Below, piece after piece: positions 53,531 through 64,000 of a stretch of 64,000 nt of DNA. The notes under the pieces were generated by a model. The model worked only from the letters and a program-made list of their open reading frames with translations, had not been told where the DNA came from and ran no database searches. Made by a program: the position numbers and the translations under genes. The stretch comes from Chamaesiphon sp. (GTDB taxonomy: Bacteria > Cyanobacteriota > Cyanobacteriia > Cyanobacteriales > Chamaesiphonaceae). The stretch is from NCBI GenBank assembly GCA_965246715.1, contig CBDFFH010000002.1:32001-96000 (forward strand), written 5' to 3'. Within the stretch, counting starts at the first letter, position 1, and every line of letters starts with the position of its first letter.

Positions 53531-54274
53531 TCAAGTCAAAAATTGAAGTTCACTGTGAATTTGCGATCGTTCTAGATCGGACAAAGGCTCGCTCTCAAAC
53601 TCTACCTGAAAATGTTGTTGAGCGGCTTGAGTAAACGCATCAACAATTATTGGAATAGTTAACTGTAAAATTGCAGCAGGTGGCAACGATATAGATTCGT
53701 CAAATACTTGTCTAAATAACTCTCGATCGGGATTGAGTCGCATCGAACCATGTTGTAAAAGCGCACCAGATTTAATTAATTGGGCGCTACCGATGAGTTT
53801 ATACCCATCCTCACAAATTAGATCGGCACTAGTTGAGGTGCTAAAACAATTAGGGTTGTGAATATAACCTCTTCCGGCTGTGCCATATGCTAAATCTATG
53901 CCTAGAGATCGCCAGCCATCAATCAGAAATTGACAGATTTGTTGATATACTGCCGATCGGTTACCGACAAATCCCGAACCGATGAAGGCGTAAGTCAGAT
54001 CGCCTTGATGCAATACCCCGCGTCCGCCAGTCGGACGGGTGACGAGATCGACGGGACGATCTTGCCATGTGAGATTTTGCCAATGTGCTGGATAGTTACG
54101 TTGATGATAGCCTAGCGAAATCGTTGGCTTCGACCAAGTATAAAAGCGCAATGTCGGCCGAATTTTGCCGATCGCATGTTGTTCCAGCAGCCAACGATCG
54201 ATCGCCATTTGCATTTTCCCAGTAGCATTAATTACTGGAATCAATCGCCACGAAGTTATCGATCGATCTGTCAA
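53531..54274 (-). CDS. Lipoate-protein ligase A family protein
   Basis: RPTGGRGVLH, KLIGSAQ and LQHGS motifs. Confidence 0.88.
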   Translation of the reverse strand: MTDRSITSWRLIPVINATGKMQMAIDRWLLEQHAIGKIRPTLRFYTWSKPTISLGYHQRNYPAHWQNLTWQDRPVDLVTRPTGGRGVLHQGDLTYAFIGSGFVGNRSAVYQQICQFLIDGWRSLGIDLAYGTAGRGYIHNPNCFSTSTSADLICEDGYKLIGSAQLIKSGALLQHGSMRLNPDRELFRQVFDESISLPPAAILQLTIPIIVDAFTQAAQQHFQVEFESEPLSDLERSQIHSELQFLT

Positions 54275-54289
54275 TTAATTAGACTCCGA

Positions 54290-56215
54290 TTAATGGTGAC
54301 TACCAACATGAACGCGCGGACGTTTGTGCGGATCTGGTTCGGCTTTACGGAGAATTTCGCGGGTAGTAACTGGAATATCTCCTTCTCCAAAGACGATAAA
54401 TCTGAACATAAATATCAAGGGATTTTCCTCACCCCAACTAAAGTAAATATGTGGTGGTTTCCCAGTAGTGTCGCGTAAATATAATAAGCAAGAGGCGATC
54501 GCATTGGGCACGGCAGAACTATAGATCCGCAGAATATGATATCCGCCGACTTCCAATCCTTGAACTTCTAATTTATCTTCAAATTCCGAAGCATCCGTAA
54601 CTTCAACTTCGAGAAAGACGATTTTTTGGTCGGCAGGTAACAGATTATCCTCCCGAATTGCTTGTTCTTTCTCTTGATATTCGGCAATATCGCCAGCATC
54701 TAGATCGTTGGCAATAATCCGCACTACACCACTAGTAATATCGTTGATAAATTGTTGCGCGCGATCGTCTAAAATTACCTCGGTACTCCGGCGTTCGGTC
54801 GCTCGATTGACCCGTGACAGCAGCGATACTACGATAATCGTTCCGATAAAAAAGCTAGCAATTCTAATCCCATCGGGACGTTCGATGACATTTACTGTAG
54901 TAGTATAGGCAAAAACCAGCGTAATCAGCCCAAAAATCCACGGTGCATAGCGATTGCGTCCGCGCCGACTCGCCAGTGTTACGGCAAATGCCGCTGATGT
55001 CATCAATACCAAAACTCCAGTTGCATAAGCGCCGCCTTGCGCTTCGACATCAGCATGAAAGATCAAGGTGACAATAAAGGCGATCGTGGTGAATACTAAT
55101 ACTAGCGGGCGACTCATCCGCGCCCACATCGGTGCCATCCCGTAACGGGGTAGATAACGCGGCACGATATTTAACAATCCAGCCATTGCCGAGGCACCTG
55201 CAAACCACAAAATCAGAATCGTACTGACATCGTAGACAGTCCCAAAGCCGCTCCCTAAATAAGTGTGCGCGAGATAGGATAAGGCTCTACCATTAGCGAC
55301 ACCGCCAGCTTTAAATTTATCTGCCGAAATCAGTAGCGTCGTAATAAAACTCGTACTAATCAAAAATGCGCTCATAATCAGCGCTGCAGATGTTAACAAT
55401 GTCCCCGTATTGCGAATCCGTCCGCGTGGCTGCTCGTGGGTATCTTGCGCGTCTCCTGTCACTAATGGCATCACCGCGACACCAGTTTCAAATCCCGATA
55501 AACCCAAAGCTAGTTTGGGAAAGAGTAATGCGGAAACTGCCAGCATATTTAGCGGATTGCCATGTTCCCTAAAAATTGCCGTTTGCCAGTCGGTAACTGT
55601 CACGGGATTGGCGATAACTTGACTGATGCCGACAACAACCACGATCGCATTTAAACTCAAATAGGCAATTACTAAAACCACCGCAATCCCAACAGCTTCC
55701 TTAAATCCCTTGAGAAAGACAGCACCCAATAAACCGATCAGGATGAGTGTAATCGTCAGTTGTTGTCCGTGTAGCGATGCTTGTAGATAGGGATTTTCGA
55801 CGAGGTGCATGGCGGCATCAGCTGCCGACAGGGTAATCGTAATGATAAAATCTGTACCGACAAATCCCAGCAGCACCAAGACGAGCAACTTACCTTGCCA
55901 CCAATCGAGGAGCTTTGCCAGCATCGCGATCGAACCTTCCCCATTTGGACTAGTTGCGGCTACTCGTCGATAAATCGGCAGGGCACCAAAGAGCGTCAGG
56001 AGGATTAAAATAGCGGTAGCGATGGGGGATAAAGTGCCTGCTGCTACTGCCGCAATTCCTGGTTGGTAACCCAAGGTGGAAAAATAATCGACCCCCGTCA
56101 AACACATGACTTGCCACCACGGATGTTGGACATGGTGAGCTGAGGATGATTGAGATTCTTCTGCTAACAACCACTGAAATAATGGGCTGCGTCGTCTGCG
56201 GTGGGTATCATTCAT
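54290..56215 (-). CDS. APC-superfamily permease
   Basis: [20 protein letters not shown] and multiple TM segments with a soluble C-terminal domain. Confidence 0.88.
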   Translation of the reverse strand: MNDTHRRRRSPLFQWLLAEESQSSSAHHVQHPWWQVMCLTGVDYFSTLGYQPGIAAVAAGTLSPIATAILILLTLFGALPIYRRVAATSPNGEGSIAMLAKLLDWWQGKLLVLVLLGFVGTDFIITITLSAADAAMHLVENPYLQASLHGQQLTITLILIGLLGAVFLKGFKEAVGIAVVLVIAYLSLNAIVVVVGISQVIANPVTVTDWQTAIFREHGNPLNMLAVSALLFPKLALGLSGFETGVAVMPLVTGDAQDTHEQPRGRIRNTGTLLTSAALIMSAFLISTSFITTLLISADKFKAGGVANGRALSYLAHTYLGSGFGTVYDVSTILILWFAGASAMAGLLNIVPRYLPRYGMAPMWARMSRPLVLVFTTIAFIVTLIFHADVEAQGGAYATGVLVLMTSAAFAVTLASRRGRNRYAPWIFGLITLVFAYTTTVNVIERPDGIRIASFFIGTIIVVSLLSRVNRATERRSTEVILDDRAQQFINDITSGVVRIIANDLDAGDIAEYQEKEQAIREDNLLPADQKIVFLEVEVTDASEFEDKLEVQGLEVGGYHILRIYSSAVPNAIASCLLYLRDTTGKPPHIYFSWGEENPLIFMFRFIVFGEGDIPVTTREILRKAEPDPHKRPRVHVGSHH

Positions 56216-56571
56216 GAATGGATAGATAGTTGTTAGGAAGTATGCATTAGGAGTCGGCGCGATCTAAATTACGATCTCCTTTAATAAATAACTGTCAACC
56301 GTCCGCCGTCAACTGTCAACTATCAGCGATCGAATACATTAGACTTCCGGCATGAAGCTGGCAATAAAAATCACAGCTAAGTCTACCTTCGTGTACCGTT
56401 GCTGGTGTCGCGAAAAAATGCGTCCAGCTTCGATCGATTAGCCGCTACAGTCGCAAATGGGACTCGATCGATTAAAGTAAATACATTATTACTTATCTAA
56501 ACTCCAGTATTAAATAAGTCTCCACAACTGGCTCGTCCAAACATTCAGAATTTATAACTCATAATTTTTCG

Positions 56572-57207
56572 ATGCGTTTACCCCTACCCCAATTTGGCAG
56601 CGGTGCCAAAAATCCTCAGCATATTGCTGAAGTAATCGAGACATCTACTTGCGAATTTCTGGCGCAATGTTTGGAACCAGAAGATCTCAAACTCGCCGTG
56701 ATGCCAATATTTGGCAGTATCGTCAAAGCTGCTGACGAGGAGACAGGCAACCAAATTCTTGCGGTAGTTTATCATGCTACCACTGCCCCGATCGATTCCG
56801 TCCACCGCGCGCGGGCACTGGGGATGTCACTAGACGAATTACGTGAAGAACAGCCACAGATTTTTGCTATGCTCAAAACCGAGTTTAAGGCGGCAATTAT
56901 CGGGTTTGAGGATGCGAAGGGGCAAATGTATCAGTTCCTCCCCCCACGTCCGCCCCAAATCCATCAAGGGGTCTATCAGTGTGATGCGGAGGAGATTATC
57001 AAATTCAGCGAGCAGTTAGAATTTTTGCGGACATTATTACAAGTGCAAGGTGCTCCAGTAGAAGCCCTCACCGCAGCTACGATTCGTGAAATCCATCAAT
57101 TGCGCTCGCGCGACCGCTCTTGGCTGGTAACGGCAGGACGCACTGTCAGTCTGATTCTCAAAGATGATTACGATCGATTGCGGTATGTTCTATCGCAGAT
57201 CCGGTAA
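56572..57207 (+). CDS. HAS-barrel domain protein
   Basis: MRLPLPQF..AEVIET and LPPRPP.IH..V pattern. Confidence 0.75.
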   Translation: MRLPLPQFGSGAKNPQHIAEVIETSTCEFLAQCLEPEDLKLAVMPIFGSIVKAADEETGNQILAVVYHATTAPIDSVHRARALGMSLDELREEQPQIFAMLKTEFKAAIIGFEDAKGQMYQFLPPRPPQIHQGVYQCDAEEIIKFSEQLEFLRTLLQVQGAPVEALTAATIREIHQLRSRDRSWLVTAGRTVSLILKDDYDRLRYVLSQIR

Positions 57208-57316
57208 TTATCGGAAACAAGGGCATTGCTAAATTGCGGGATGAAACGCTCGTCGGTATTTAGGGGAGGGACAATTTATGAATTGCCCCGCCGCTTTTGC
57301 CGCCAAATCTCGAGCG

Positions 57317-57895
57317 TTAGCGCATCGCCGTAAAATTTTTAGCCATCTGGAGATGCATTGAGACTACAGGTAAAATCTCGTTTGCAAAAGCTTTAATATC
57401 GGTATTTTGACCTTGCTGGAGTTCATTTTGAAAAGCAGCTTGAGTCTTGGTATGACCTTTGGTTTGTCCGTCCATATATGCGCGATCGAATTGTTTACCA
57501 GATAATGTTTTCAAGCGATCGAGTAATGCCTGATTTTCGGCACCCACACTCTTGGGCAAAGTCAGCCCTAAACTAGTAGCGATCGGTTTGAGCTTATTAC
57601 TCGAGTCTGTATGTGCTTGAATCATTTCGCGCGCATATTGCAATACTTGCGAATTTTGCGAGCGTTTGAGTGCTAGTTGACTGCTTTGAATTTCGGTCAG
57701 ATCGCTTTGAGCTGCTTTGCTAACAAACTGTCGATCGGCAGTATTTAATGATGTAGATTTTTTGGTGCTGTCTGACATCGGACTTGCTGAGGGCATGCTA
57801 CCTTGGGCTAAAGCTGGCACCATTGCGCTGAAGCCGACTACACTCAATAAACATATACTTGTGAAGAAAATTCTGGGAGAATAAATCGATTTCAT
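57317..57895 (-). CDS. DUF4142 domain exported protein
   Basis: DRQFV..AAQ....EI, FDRAYM and LP....HL.MA motifs. Confidence 0.85.
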   Translation of the reverse strand: MKSIYSPRIFFTSICLLSVVGFSAMVPALAQGSMPSASPMSDSTKKSTSLNTADRQFVSKAAQSDLTEIQSSQLALKRSQNSQVLQYAREMIQAHTDSSNKLKPIATSLGLTLPKSVGAENQALLDRLKTLSGKQFDRAYMDGQTKGHTKTQAAFQNELQQGQNTDIKAFANEILPVVSMHLQMAKNFTAMR

Positions 57896-58908
57896 GACTG
57901 AATAAATAGTTGACGTTACTGAATTAGGGTATAAATTATTGTCCAAATGGAGGGTCAGGTCAATTCATGAATTGCCCTTACCCTCAATGAATCTGGGAGA
58001 TCGCTGCTGCTAATTATTTAAAAATTGAGCAAACTGCGAACTACATTGATGCCTGACCTGATGATGCTGGCATTTGAGACTCCGACGAGACACCATTGGG
58101 CATTTGACTTTGGGCCGTTTGTCCCTGCGGAATTTGTCCTGGCGACATATTTCCGTTGGCTTGGCCGGGTAAACTGATGCTCACGACTTTTTGTTTGTGC
58201 GCTTCCGATTTCGGCATAATTAATGACAACTAATTATTCTCGACCGCAAATATAACCTGTATTTGTTATCTACTTAACAGCATATTCATCACACTAATGA
58301 ATCGAATCTGTCTAAAGGTAGAAATGAATTTTGGGGAATTAGAAGAGTACAGGAGGCGACTCAGCAGTCGATGATGTCGCATCTGCTGTATGCCCATCGA
58401 TAACAGCCTAAGTATTTCCACCCGGATCGGCGGTGTGAACTAGCTCTTGTTGCTCGGTTGGTGGCGGACGCTCGATCTCCCACATCAGACATCCCTGCTT
58501 GTGAAGATCGATTTATTCTGCCCACATTCGATCTTTAATCCTCGCCCCAGCCCTGAAATGTATCTAATTGCGATGAGATCGCCTCAAATTCATCCAATCT
58601 CAAGATCGACCACACCCCGCAATCATGCGATATAGTTAGTTGTGATTGATTTAGGTTCGATCGATACTCTAAGTTATTGAGGATATTTTGTTGTTGCTAG
58701 AATGTGCTCAAGCAGAAGAGTCGCCAGACCAGATTTATTATTTACCTTTTTAACAGCGATCGTTTATTTTGCCGATCGATAATTTAACCTTACTCGATCG
58801 ATGGTTGAAAATAATTGCCAATCATCCTACCGTCATTGAAATGTTCGCAGCAATAAAGTAATTAGACTACCGATCTCGAGCGCAGTCGATCGATGTATTC
58901 GTAAAATA

Positions 58909-59300
58909 ACGTGAGTTCGGGTTAAGGATATTTGCTTCGTTCAAGCACCGCACGCGATTGTGTCTTGTCGCGCTAAACCCTCGGCAAAGCCGAGGAGCGC
59001 GCGCCGCAAATCGGTGCTAATAGTGCAAAGTCCGGTTGTTGCCGCGAGCGGCAAAAGCCTGCCTTCGCGGACTAGATAATTAGTCCGCGAAGCGAAAAGT
59101 GCATTTGGTCGGCTAGCCTTTTGGTCGGCTCGCCGACCATTAGACCAGTAGGTCTTGGGGTTTCCCCAAGTAGAGCACCTTTTCAAGACAGCGACGCGCG
59201 CTCCTCGGGTTCCCCGAGGGTTTAGCGCGTCAAGACAGGCGGACTTTGCATCATGAGCCGAGACTTCAGTCTCCAGGCTATTCTTATCCCGAACTCACGT
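58909..59300 (+). mobile_element. MITE family B copy with several nested hairpin inserts
   Basis: TIRs ACGTGAGTTCGGG / CCCGAACTCACGT; 7-bp duplication TAAAATA (58902-58908 / 59301-59307). Confidence 0.85.
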
Positions 59301-59642
59301 TAAAATATCATCGATGTAGATCTATCCTCAAGTCTCGATCGATATGGCTCAATCTCTACAAATAACTATCGGCTTAGTTGGCTGCAGGTTATCGATTGGT
59401 AGTGTTGCAACTATATTATCGCTGCCGTGTTCGGTACAGTCAGCACAATACACCTAGACTGTGCGCCCAAAAATTATTCATCCAGAGTTAGAGTAGTTAC
59501 GATTGAATCGATCGATTAAATTAGCTACCAAAAACAATACCATCAAGATCGCTGACTCCCAATGAGTCGTTGTCGAACTTGATGGCTATTGAGATGTTTA
59601 GATTAAGTCAATTACTTAAGTAACTATCGACCGAGATTCTGA

Positions 59643-59951
59643 CTATGGCTTTTTAGTTGCGTCGGGCTTTTTACCGTCAGCAGGCTTAGTTTCAGTTTTG
59701 GTTTCAGTAGTCTTGGTGCCATCAGCAGGCTTAGTTTCAGTTTTGGTTTCAGTAGTCTTGGTTTCAGCACCAGACTTCATTGCGTCACCAGATTTACCGT
59801 CTGCAGCAGGGGATGCCGCAGGGGATGCTGCAGGTGTAGTAGTGGTCTCAGTCTTCGTAGCGTCGGGAGTTGTCGTGGTTTTGTCGCTACAAGCGGTCAA
59901 ACCAGCAGACATAGTTAAGCTGGCGATTACCAGTAAAGTTTTCCAGTTCAT
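59643..59951 (-). CDS. Small low-complexity lipoprotein
   Basis: Lipobox LTAC; PAAS and TKTTETKTETKPADG repeats. Confidence 0.85.
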   Translation of the reverse strand: MNWKTLLVIASLTMSAGLTACSDKTTTTPDATKTETTTTPAASPAASPAADGKSGDAMKSGAETKTTETKTETKPADGTKTTETKTETKPADGKKPDATKKP

Positions 59952-60143
59952 TTGAAATTTCCTCACACTTATATTTAAATCGACTAGCGATTCGACTACT
60001 ATTCTAGCACCGCGATCGCAAAAATTTACGATCCGCGAAACAGTGGAAACCGAATTCTTTTTGCACTTCGGTATGGTGAAAACCGAACGATCGCCTGAAA
60101 TCGTCGCTCTAGCCGCTTTTCCAGGGTCTCGCCAGCAAGATTA

Positions 60144-60244
60144 GTAGACAGTGGACAGCTAACAGTGGATAGTAAATACAGTAACTAGTGGTTAGTGGCT
60201 AGTTACGTGCTAACCACTAACCAACAACCAATAACCAAATAACT
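60144..60244. repeat. Short tandem heptamer-type repeats (STRR-like)
   Basis: Degenerate 7-mers such as AGTGGAC/AGTGGTT and AACCACT/AACCAAT; similar arrays at 29311-29337, 46511-46535 and 49402-49429. Confidence 0.6.
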
Positions 60245-61093
60245 GTGAAATCACCACTTCCCGGTCTTAGTCTCGCTGAAATTTTGGAATGGACGATCGA
60301 GCTAAGCTGGACGGCAACAGCGATGTTGAAGTCTTATTATCGAGCCAGTAATGCAGATCTGGACGTGCGGGATAAGGCTGAAGGCCCCGTCACAGTGGCG
60401 GATGAGGCGGTAAACAAATATATCCTCGAGCGTCTTCAAGGACTGTGTGGCAACTTTTGTGGTTATTTGACGGAAGAAACTTATCAATGTGGCGATCGTG
60501 AATTGCCGGACAATTGGGTGTGGATTGTCGATCCGTTGGATGGAACGCGAGATTTTATCGATAAAACTGGCGAATATGCGATCCATATCGCGCTGACATA
60601 TCAGCATCGTCCGGTGCTAGCTGTAGTAGCAGTGCCAGAATCCGATAAATTGTATGCAGCGATTCAAGATTGCGGTAGTATCTGTATCACCTCGGATAAG
60701 GTGCGGAAACCCATAACAGTCGCTAGAGATAAAAAATTAACCGATTTAGTTGTGGTTGCCAGTCGGAATCATCGCAGTGAAAAATTAGTCCGATTATTAG
60801 AGCTACTGCCTTGTCAGCAACACAAAGAAGTCGGCAGTATCGGTTGTAAAATAGCGGCAATCGTCGAGCGACAAGCGGATGTGTATGCCTCGCTGTCTGG
60901 CAAATCGGCTCCGAAAGATTGGGATTTTGCGGCACCAGAATTGATTTTAACCGAGGCTGGCGGCAAATTTACTTACCAAGATGGCAGTCCAATAAAATAT
61001 AATCGCGGCGATGCCAGTCAGTGGGGATGTGCGATCGCGAGTAATGGGGAATGGCATCAGCAGTTACTAGATACTGTCAATAATGTTATTTAA
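60245..61093 (+). CDS. cysQ: 3'(2'),5'-bisphosphate nucleotidase / inositol monophosphatase family
   Basis: PVTVAD, WIVDPLDGTRDF and WDFAAP..I..EAGG motifs; GTG start. Confidence 0.88.
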   Translation: MKSPLPGLSLAEILEWTIELSWTATAMLKSYYRASNADLDVRDKAEGPVTVADEAVNKYILERLQGLCGNFCGYLTEETYQCGDRELPDNWVWIVDPLDGTRDFIDKTGEYAIHIALTYQHRPVLAVVAVPESDKLYAAIQDCGSICITSDKVRKPITVARDKKLTDLVVVASRNHRSEKLVRLLELLPCQQHKEVGSIGCKIAAIVERQADVYASLSGKSAPKDWDFAAPELILTEAGGKFTYQDGSPIKYNRGDASQWGCAIASNGEWHQQLLDTVNNVI

Positions 61094-61930
61094 AAAACTG
61101 TTTGGAGTCGTTGAGAAACACAAGCAACAGATTGGCAAAATTGCGATCGGTAGTTTTATCGTCACCAATTTACTGGCTTATGTTGGCGTATATGTAATGA
61201 CACATACACATCTAGCCAGCGCAAGTAGTTTGAGTTTACCGCGTCCGACTAGTCCGCGACTGCCGAGTGATGTGGGATTGAAATACGCGACCGTCCGTAT
61301 CCCAAGTGGTAAGGATAAATGGGTGGAAGCCTGGTCGATTCCAGCAGCTTTATCGACAACGTCCAAAGGCACAATTTTGCTATTTCCTGGACATTTATCG
61401 AGCAAAGGCAAGCAACTGATTCCACTAGCACAGGTATTTCATCAATTAAATTATGATTGTCTCCTGGTAGATTTTCGGGGTGTTGGCGGATCTAGTGGCG
61501 ACACTACAACATTGGGAGCCACAGAGGCGCAAGATGTTGCCGTAGCAATGCAATACATTCGCCAGATCCACCACGAACGTCCGATAATTTTGTATGGACT
61601 ATCGATGGGGAGTGCAGCGGTTTTAACTGCGATCGCTAATGAGAAAATTGCCCCCGATGCGATCGTCTTAGAATTGCCATACGCTCGACTGCTTGATGCC
61701 GTTAGAAGTAGGGTTAGCAAGAATAGCCATCTACCCACATTTCCACTTAGCGAATTATTGGTATTTTGGGGAGGAGTTCAACATGGATTTGATGGATTCG
61801 CACATAATCCCGTCGATTATGCGCGGCAGGTAAAATGTCCGACCTTAATCCTGAATGGCGGACTAGACCCCTGGACGCAGCAATCAGAAATTAATGAAAT
61901 TTTTGCGAATATTAATAGCCAAAAGAAATT

Positions 61931-63345
61931 GGTTCTACCGAACTTACTATGCTAAATCAAGGATTGAAATGCCATGCTAGCAAACTTCTGATCTGAAAAT
62001 TCTCAAAATTTCTAAACCCATATCCCATTCTTTTTATTAGCTTGAGTTTATTGTTAATTCCTTCGACGACTCCTTGAGTTGTTCTATTATCAAAATAGGC
62101 AATTATTTCACCAATCCATCTTTTAATAGTTCCACAACTCTTGGGGAATTTCCCACAAGCATTCTTGAGCCAGTCACACAAGCTTATTAGCCCATTTCCC
62201 CAATCTGTTTTTGATTCAAATATATCTCTAAATAACTCTTTTGTTTTGTGCATTGCTGCTAATTCTGGAAAAACGTCTCCAATCTCTTTCAACTTCTCTT
62301 TTTGCAATTCATTCAAATCCGCTTCGTTTTTGAGTATTGCATATTTACTGTGAGTTAATGCTGCTAATTTCTTGTTCTTTTCATCTTTGTTCTTCACCCT
62401 CTCAGCCTCTCTTTTGATTTTAATTCTCTCTCGATCTAACTCTTCATTTATCTGTTTCATTACATGAAATCTGTCTCCAACCACTTCAGCATTTGGTATC
62501 AATTCATTTACCAGACTTTTGTATGATGAAAATAGATCGATACTTACTTCTGTAATTTGGTTCAAAACCTCCGAACCCCAAGACTTCAAGCACTCACCAA
62601 TACATTCTTGAGTCCTTTTTGGTAAGATGGCTATTAACTCTCTTTTTTCTAGATCTACTAACACCGCACAATAGTTTTTTTGCCCTTTAACAAAGGCAAT
62701 TTCATCAATTCCTAGTCTGGTTAAATTCTCTGGCTTTTTTTGCACTAGATTTACCCCAGCTTTTTTGATTATTGTCTCCACTTCTTGCTCACTTAATCCA
62801 TTTCTTTTGGCAACACTTTTAATATCACTAGCTAGACTCTCTTCGACAATCTTCTGCTTCATTCGCTCGGTGAAATGACTTCTCTTTTTGATGAAATTTA
62901 ATTCCTCACTGAATTTTCGACCACAACTCATACACTTGAATTGACGACGATTAATTTTAAGGTAAACATCATGTTCACCGAATGGTAGATCTCTCACTGT
63001 TAATTGGTGATTCTCATGAAGTTTATTACTTTCAGTTCCACAATGAGGACACACTGCTTTTAATTGCTGATTTTCTAGATAAATAAAATAACCGATTTCA
63101 TCTAAGATCTTATAAGCAGTGACGGTCATTCCGTCGATATTAAGAATTTCATTAATGGTTTTTAGTTGCGATTTGGATGACATAATGCAATTCAAGCTTA
63201 TTTGTTGCCAGAAATCAAGATCTTACTATTCTATAATAAAATCTGTCATTTATGCTGCACCAAGCTTCCATAACTCAAAATTATCAATTTTGTCAATTAA
63301 ACTTGATTCTTATCCACTACTTAGCATAGCAAGTTCGGTAGAGCC
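61931..63345 (-). mobile_element. Complete ISL3-family insertion sequence (1415 bp)
   Basis: TIRs GGTTCTACCGAACTTACTATGCTAA / TTAGCATAGCAAGTTCGGTAGAGCC; 8-bp target duplication AAGAAATT. Confidence 0.95.
61957..63183 (-). CDS. ISL3 family transposase
   Basis: CPHCG..CMSC zinc finger, LGIDE, DRFHV and EGINNKLKLIKR..YGF motifs. Confidence 0.95.
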   Translation of the reverse strand: MSSKSQLKTINEILNIDGMTVTAYKILDEIGYFIYLENQQLKAVCPHCGTESNKLHENHQLTVRDLPFGEHDVYLKINRRQFKCMSCGRKFSEELNFIKKRSHFTERMKQKIVEESLASDIKSVAKRNGLSEQEVETIIKKAGVNLVQKKPENLTRLGIDEIAFVKGQKNYCAVLVDLEKRELIAILPKRTQECIGECLKSWGSEVLNQITEVSIDLFSSYKSLVNELIPNAEVVGDRFHVMKQINEELDRERIKIKREAERVKNKDEKNKKLAALTHSKYAILKNEADLNELQKEKLKEIGDVFPELAAMHKTKELFRDIFESKTDWGNGLISLCDWLKNACGKFPKSCGTIKRWIGEIIAYFDNRTTQGVVEGINNKLKLIKRMGYGFRNFENFQIRSLLAWHFNP

Positions 63346-63474
63346 AAGAAATTAGTTACTTTCGATCGAGCCGGACACGATTTGCTCATCTCGATCGATC
63401 GAAATTTATGGGAACAAAGTATCGCCAGGTTTTTAAATACCATTTCGATCGCCAACTAGCAATTCGATTGTAGA

Positions 63475-64000
63475 TTAACGACCTTGGGATCTACGTCGAT
63501 CGATTTCCCGTTGCAGTTCGTCAATTTCTCGCTGTAAGCGTTCGGTTTCGCTATCGGTTGGCGTAGTTGAGGCGGTTTCTACCGTGACTCGTTGATAGTT
63601 ACCGCGTCGAATATCTTGATACTCGCTTGAATTTGCCCACTCTTGTAGAAAGTGAATTCGTTCGACGGGAAATGGATGAGTTAGCATTCCATTTACGCCG
63701 ACATACATCAAAGCTTTGTAGATTTGATTCAGTCCATCTTCATCTAAATTACGGTAATCTTCTGACTGTTTGATAAATTCTTCGAGGCTACATTCATCGA
63801 CATATTTACCACTACCACCAGCAATTTTCATCATGGTTGTCATCACCGTGTGGGGATTTTCCATTACTAGGAGTGCAGCGCGATCGGATGATAGTTCGGC
63901 TTTACGCCGCCATTCATAGAAAGCAACGATCAGGCCATTACTAATAATATTGCCCAATCCAAACGTCATCTCGCCAATAACTGAAGCTGCATTCATCACC
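63475..64000 (-). CDS. M48 family metallopeptidase (partial; 5' end outside window)
   Basis: RKAELSSDRAAL and THPFPVERI motifs. Confidence 0.85.
   Translation of the reverse strand, partial: VMNAASVIGEMTFGLGNIISNGLIVAFYEWRRKAELSSDRAALLVMENPHTVMTTMMKIAGGSGKYVDECSLEEFIKQSEDYRNLDEDGLNQIYKALMYVGVNGMLTHPFPVERIHFLQEWANSSEYQDIRRGNYQRVTVETASTTPTDSETERLQREIDELQREIDRRRSQGR

Larger units (their letters stand above)
61083..63459 (+). pseudogene. Alpha/beta hydrolase interrupted by ISL3
   Basis: GLSMG nucleophile and GGLD acid lie upstream of the IS. Removing the IS and one target-duplication copy restores ...SQKKLVTFDRAGHDLL...IAN-stop (63457-63459). Confidence 0.88.

Noticed and set aside
58041..58229. 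Q/M/P-rich 62-aa ORF
   Set aside because: Stop codon immediately before a weak TTG start and no recognisable domain; could be a gene remnant but this is unsupported.
58941..59186. ORFs sharing LVREG.LLPLAATTG (also 6260-6451; 25352-25645 crosses the same repeat)
   Set aside because: They are translations of the shared hairpin repeat.
1..64000. Very high CGATCG/GCGATCGC density
   Set aside because: This is the known cyanobacterial HIP1 signature, used here only as a compositional marker.

Overview
This is cyanobacterial chromosomal DNA, extremely rich in CGATCG/GCGATCGC (HIP1) sites; the composition resembles Chamaesiphon-type genomes, which is an inference. Most of the window is housekeeping or accessory genes: a GH15/phosphorylase-kinase-like protein, hli, two GT4 glycosyltransferases, tRNA-Gln(TTG), a PiT transporter, a CNNM/hemolysin protein, an EmrA/EmrB-type pump, gyrB, miaA, glcD, trmD, glgP, prxQ, cbiX/cobA and cysQ-like. 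The most striking feature is at 1-837. A pentapeptide-repeat gene (97-630, +) lies entirely inside a stop-free, codon-aligned antisense frame that the ORF track misses. That frame starts with a NucA-like non-specific endonuclease C-terminus, runs off the window edge, and is cut at its 5' end exactly at a GTAG REP-like palindrome. Other notable features: (1) a tandem, diverged, TOPRIM-less gyrB paralog with its own duplicated promoter; (2) a hierarchy of MITEs, REP-like palindromes and 25-100 nt hairpin elements nested inside each other, with both filled and empty sites visible; (3) a complete ISL3 with an 8-bp target duplication that cuts the catalytic His off an alpha/beta hydrolase; (4) a one-base frameshift in a WecB/TagA gene; (5) a beta-carbonic-anhydrase-like protein lacking all Zn ligands. 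All product calls come from motif recognition; no database searches were run.
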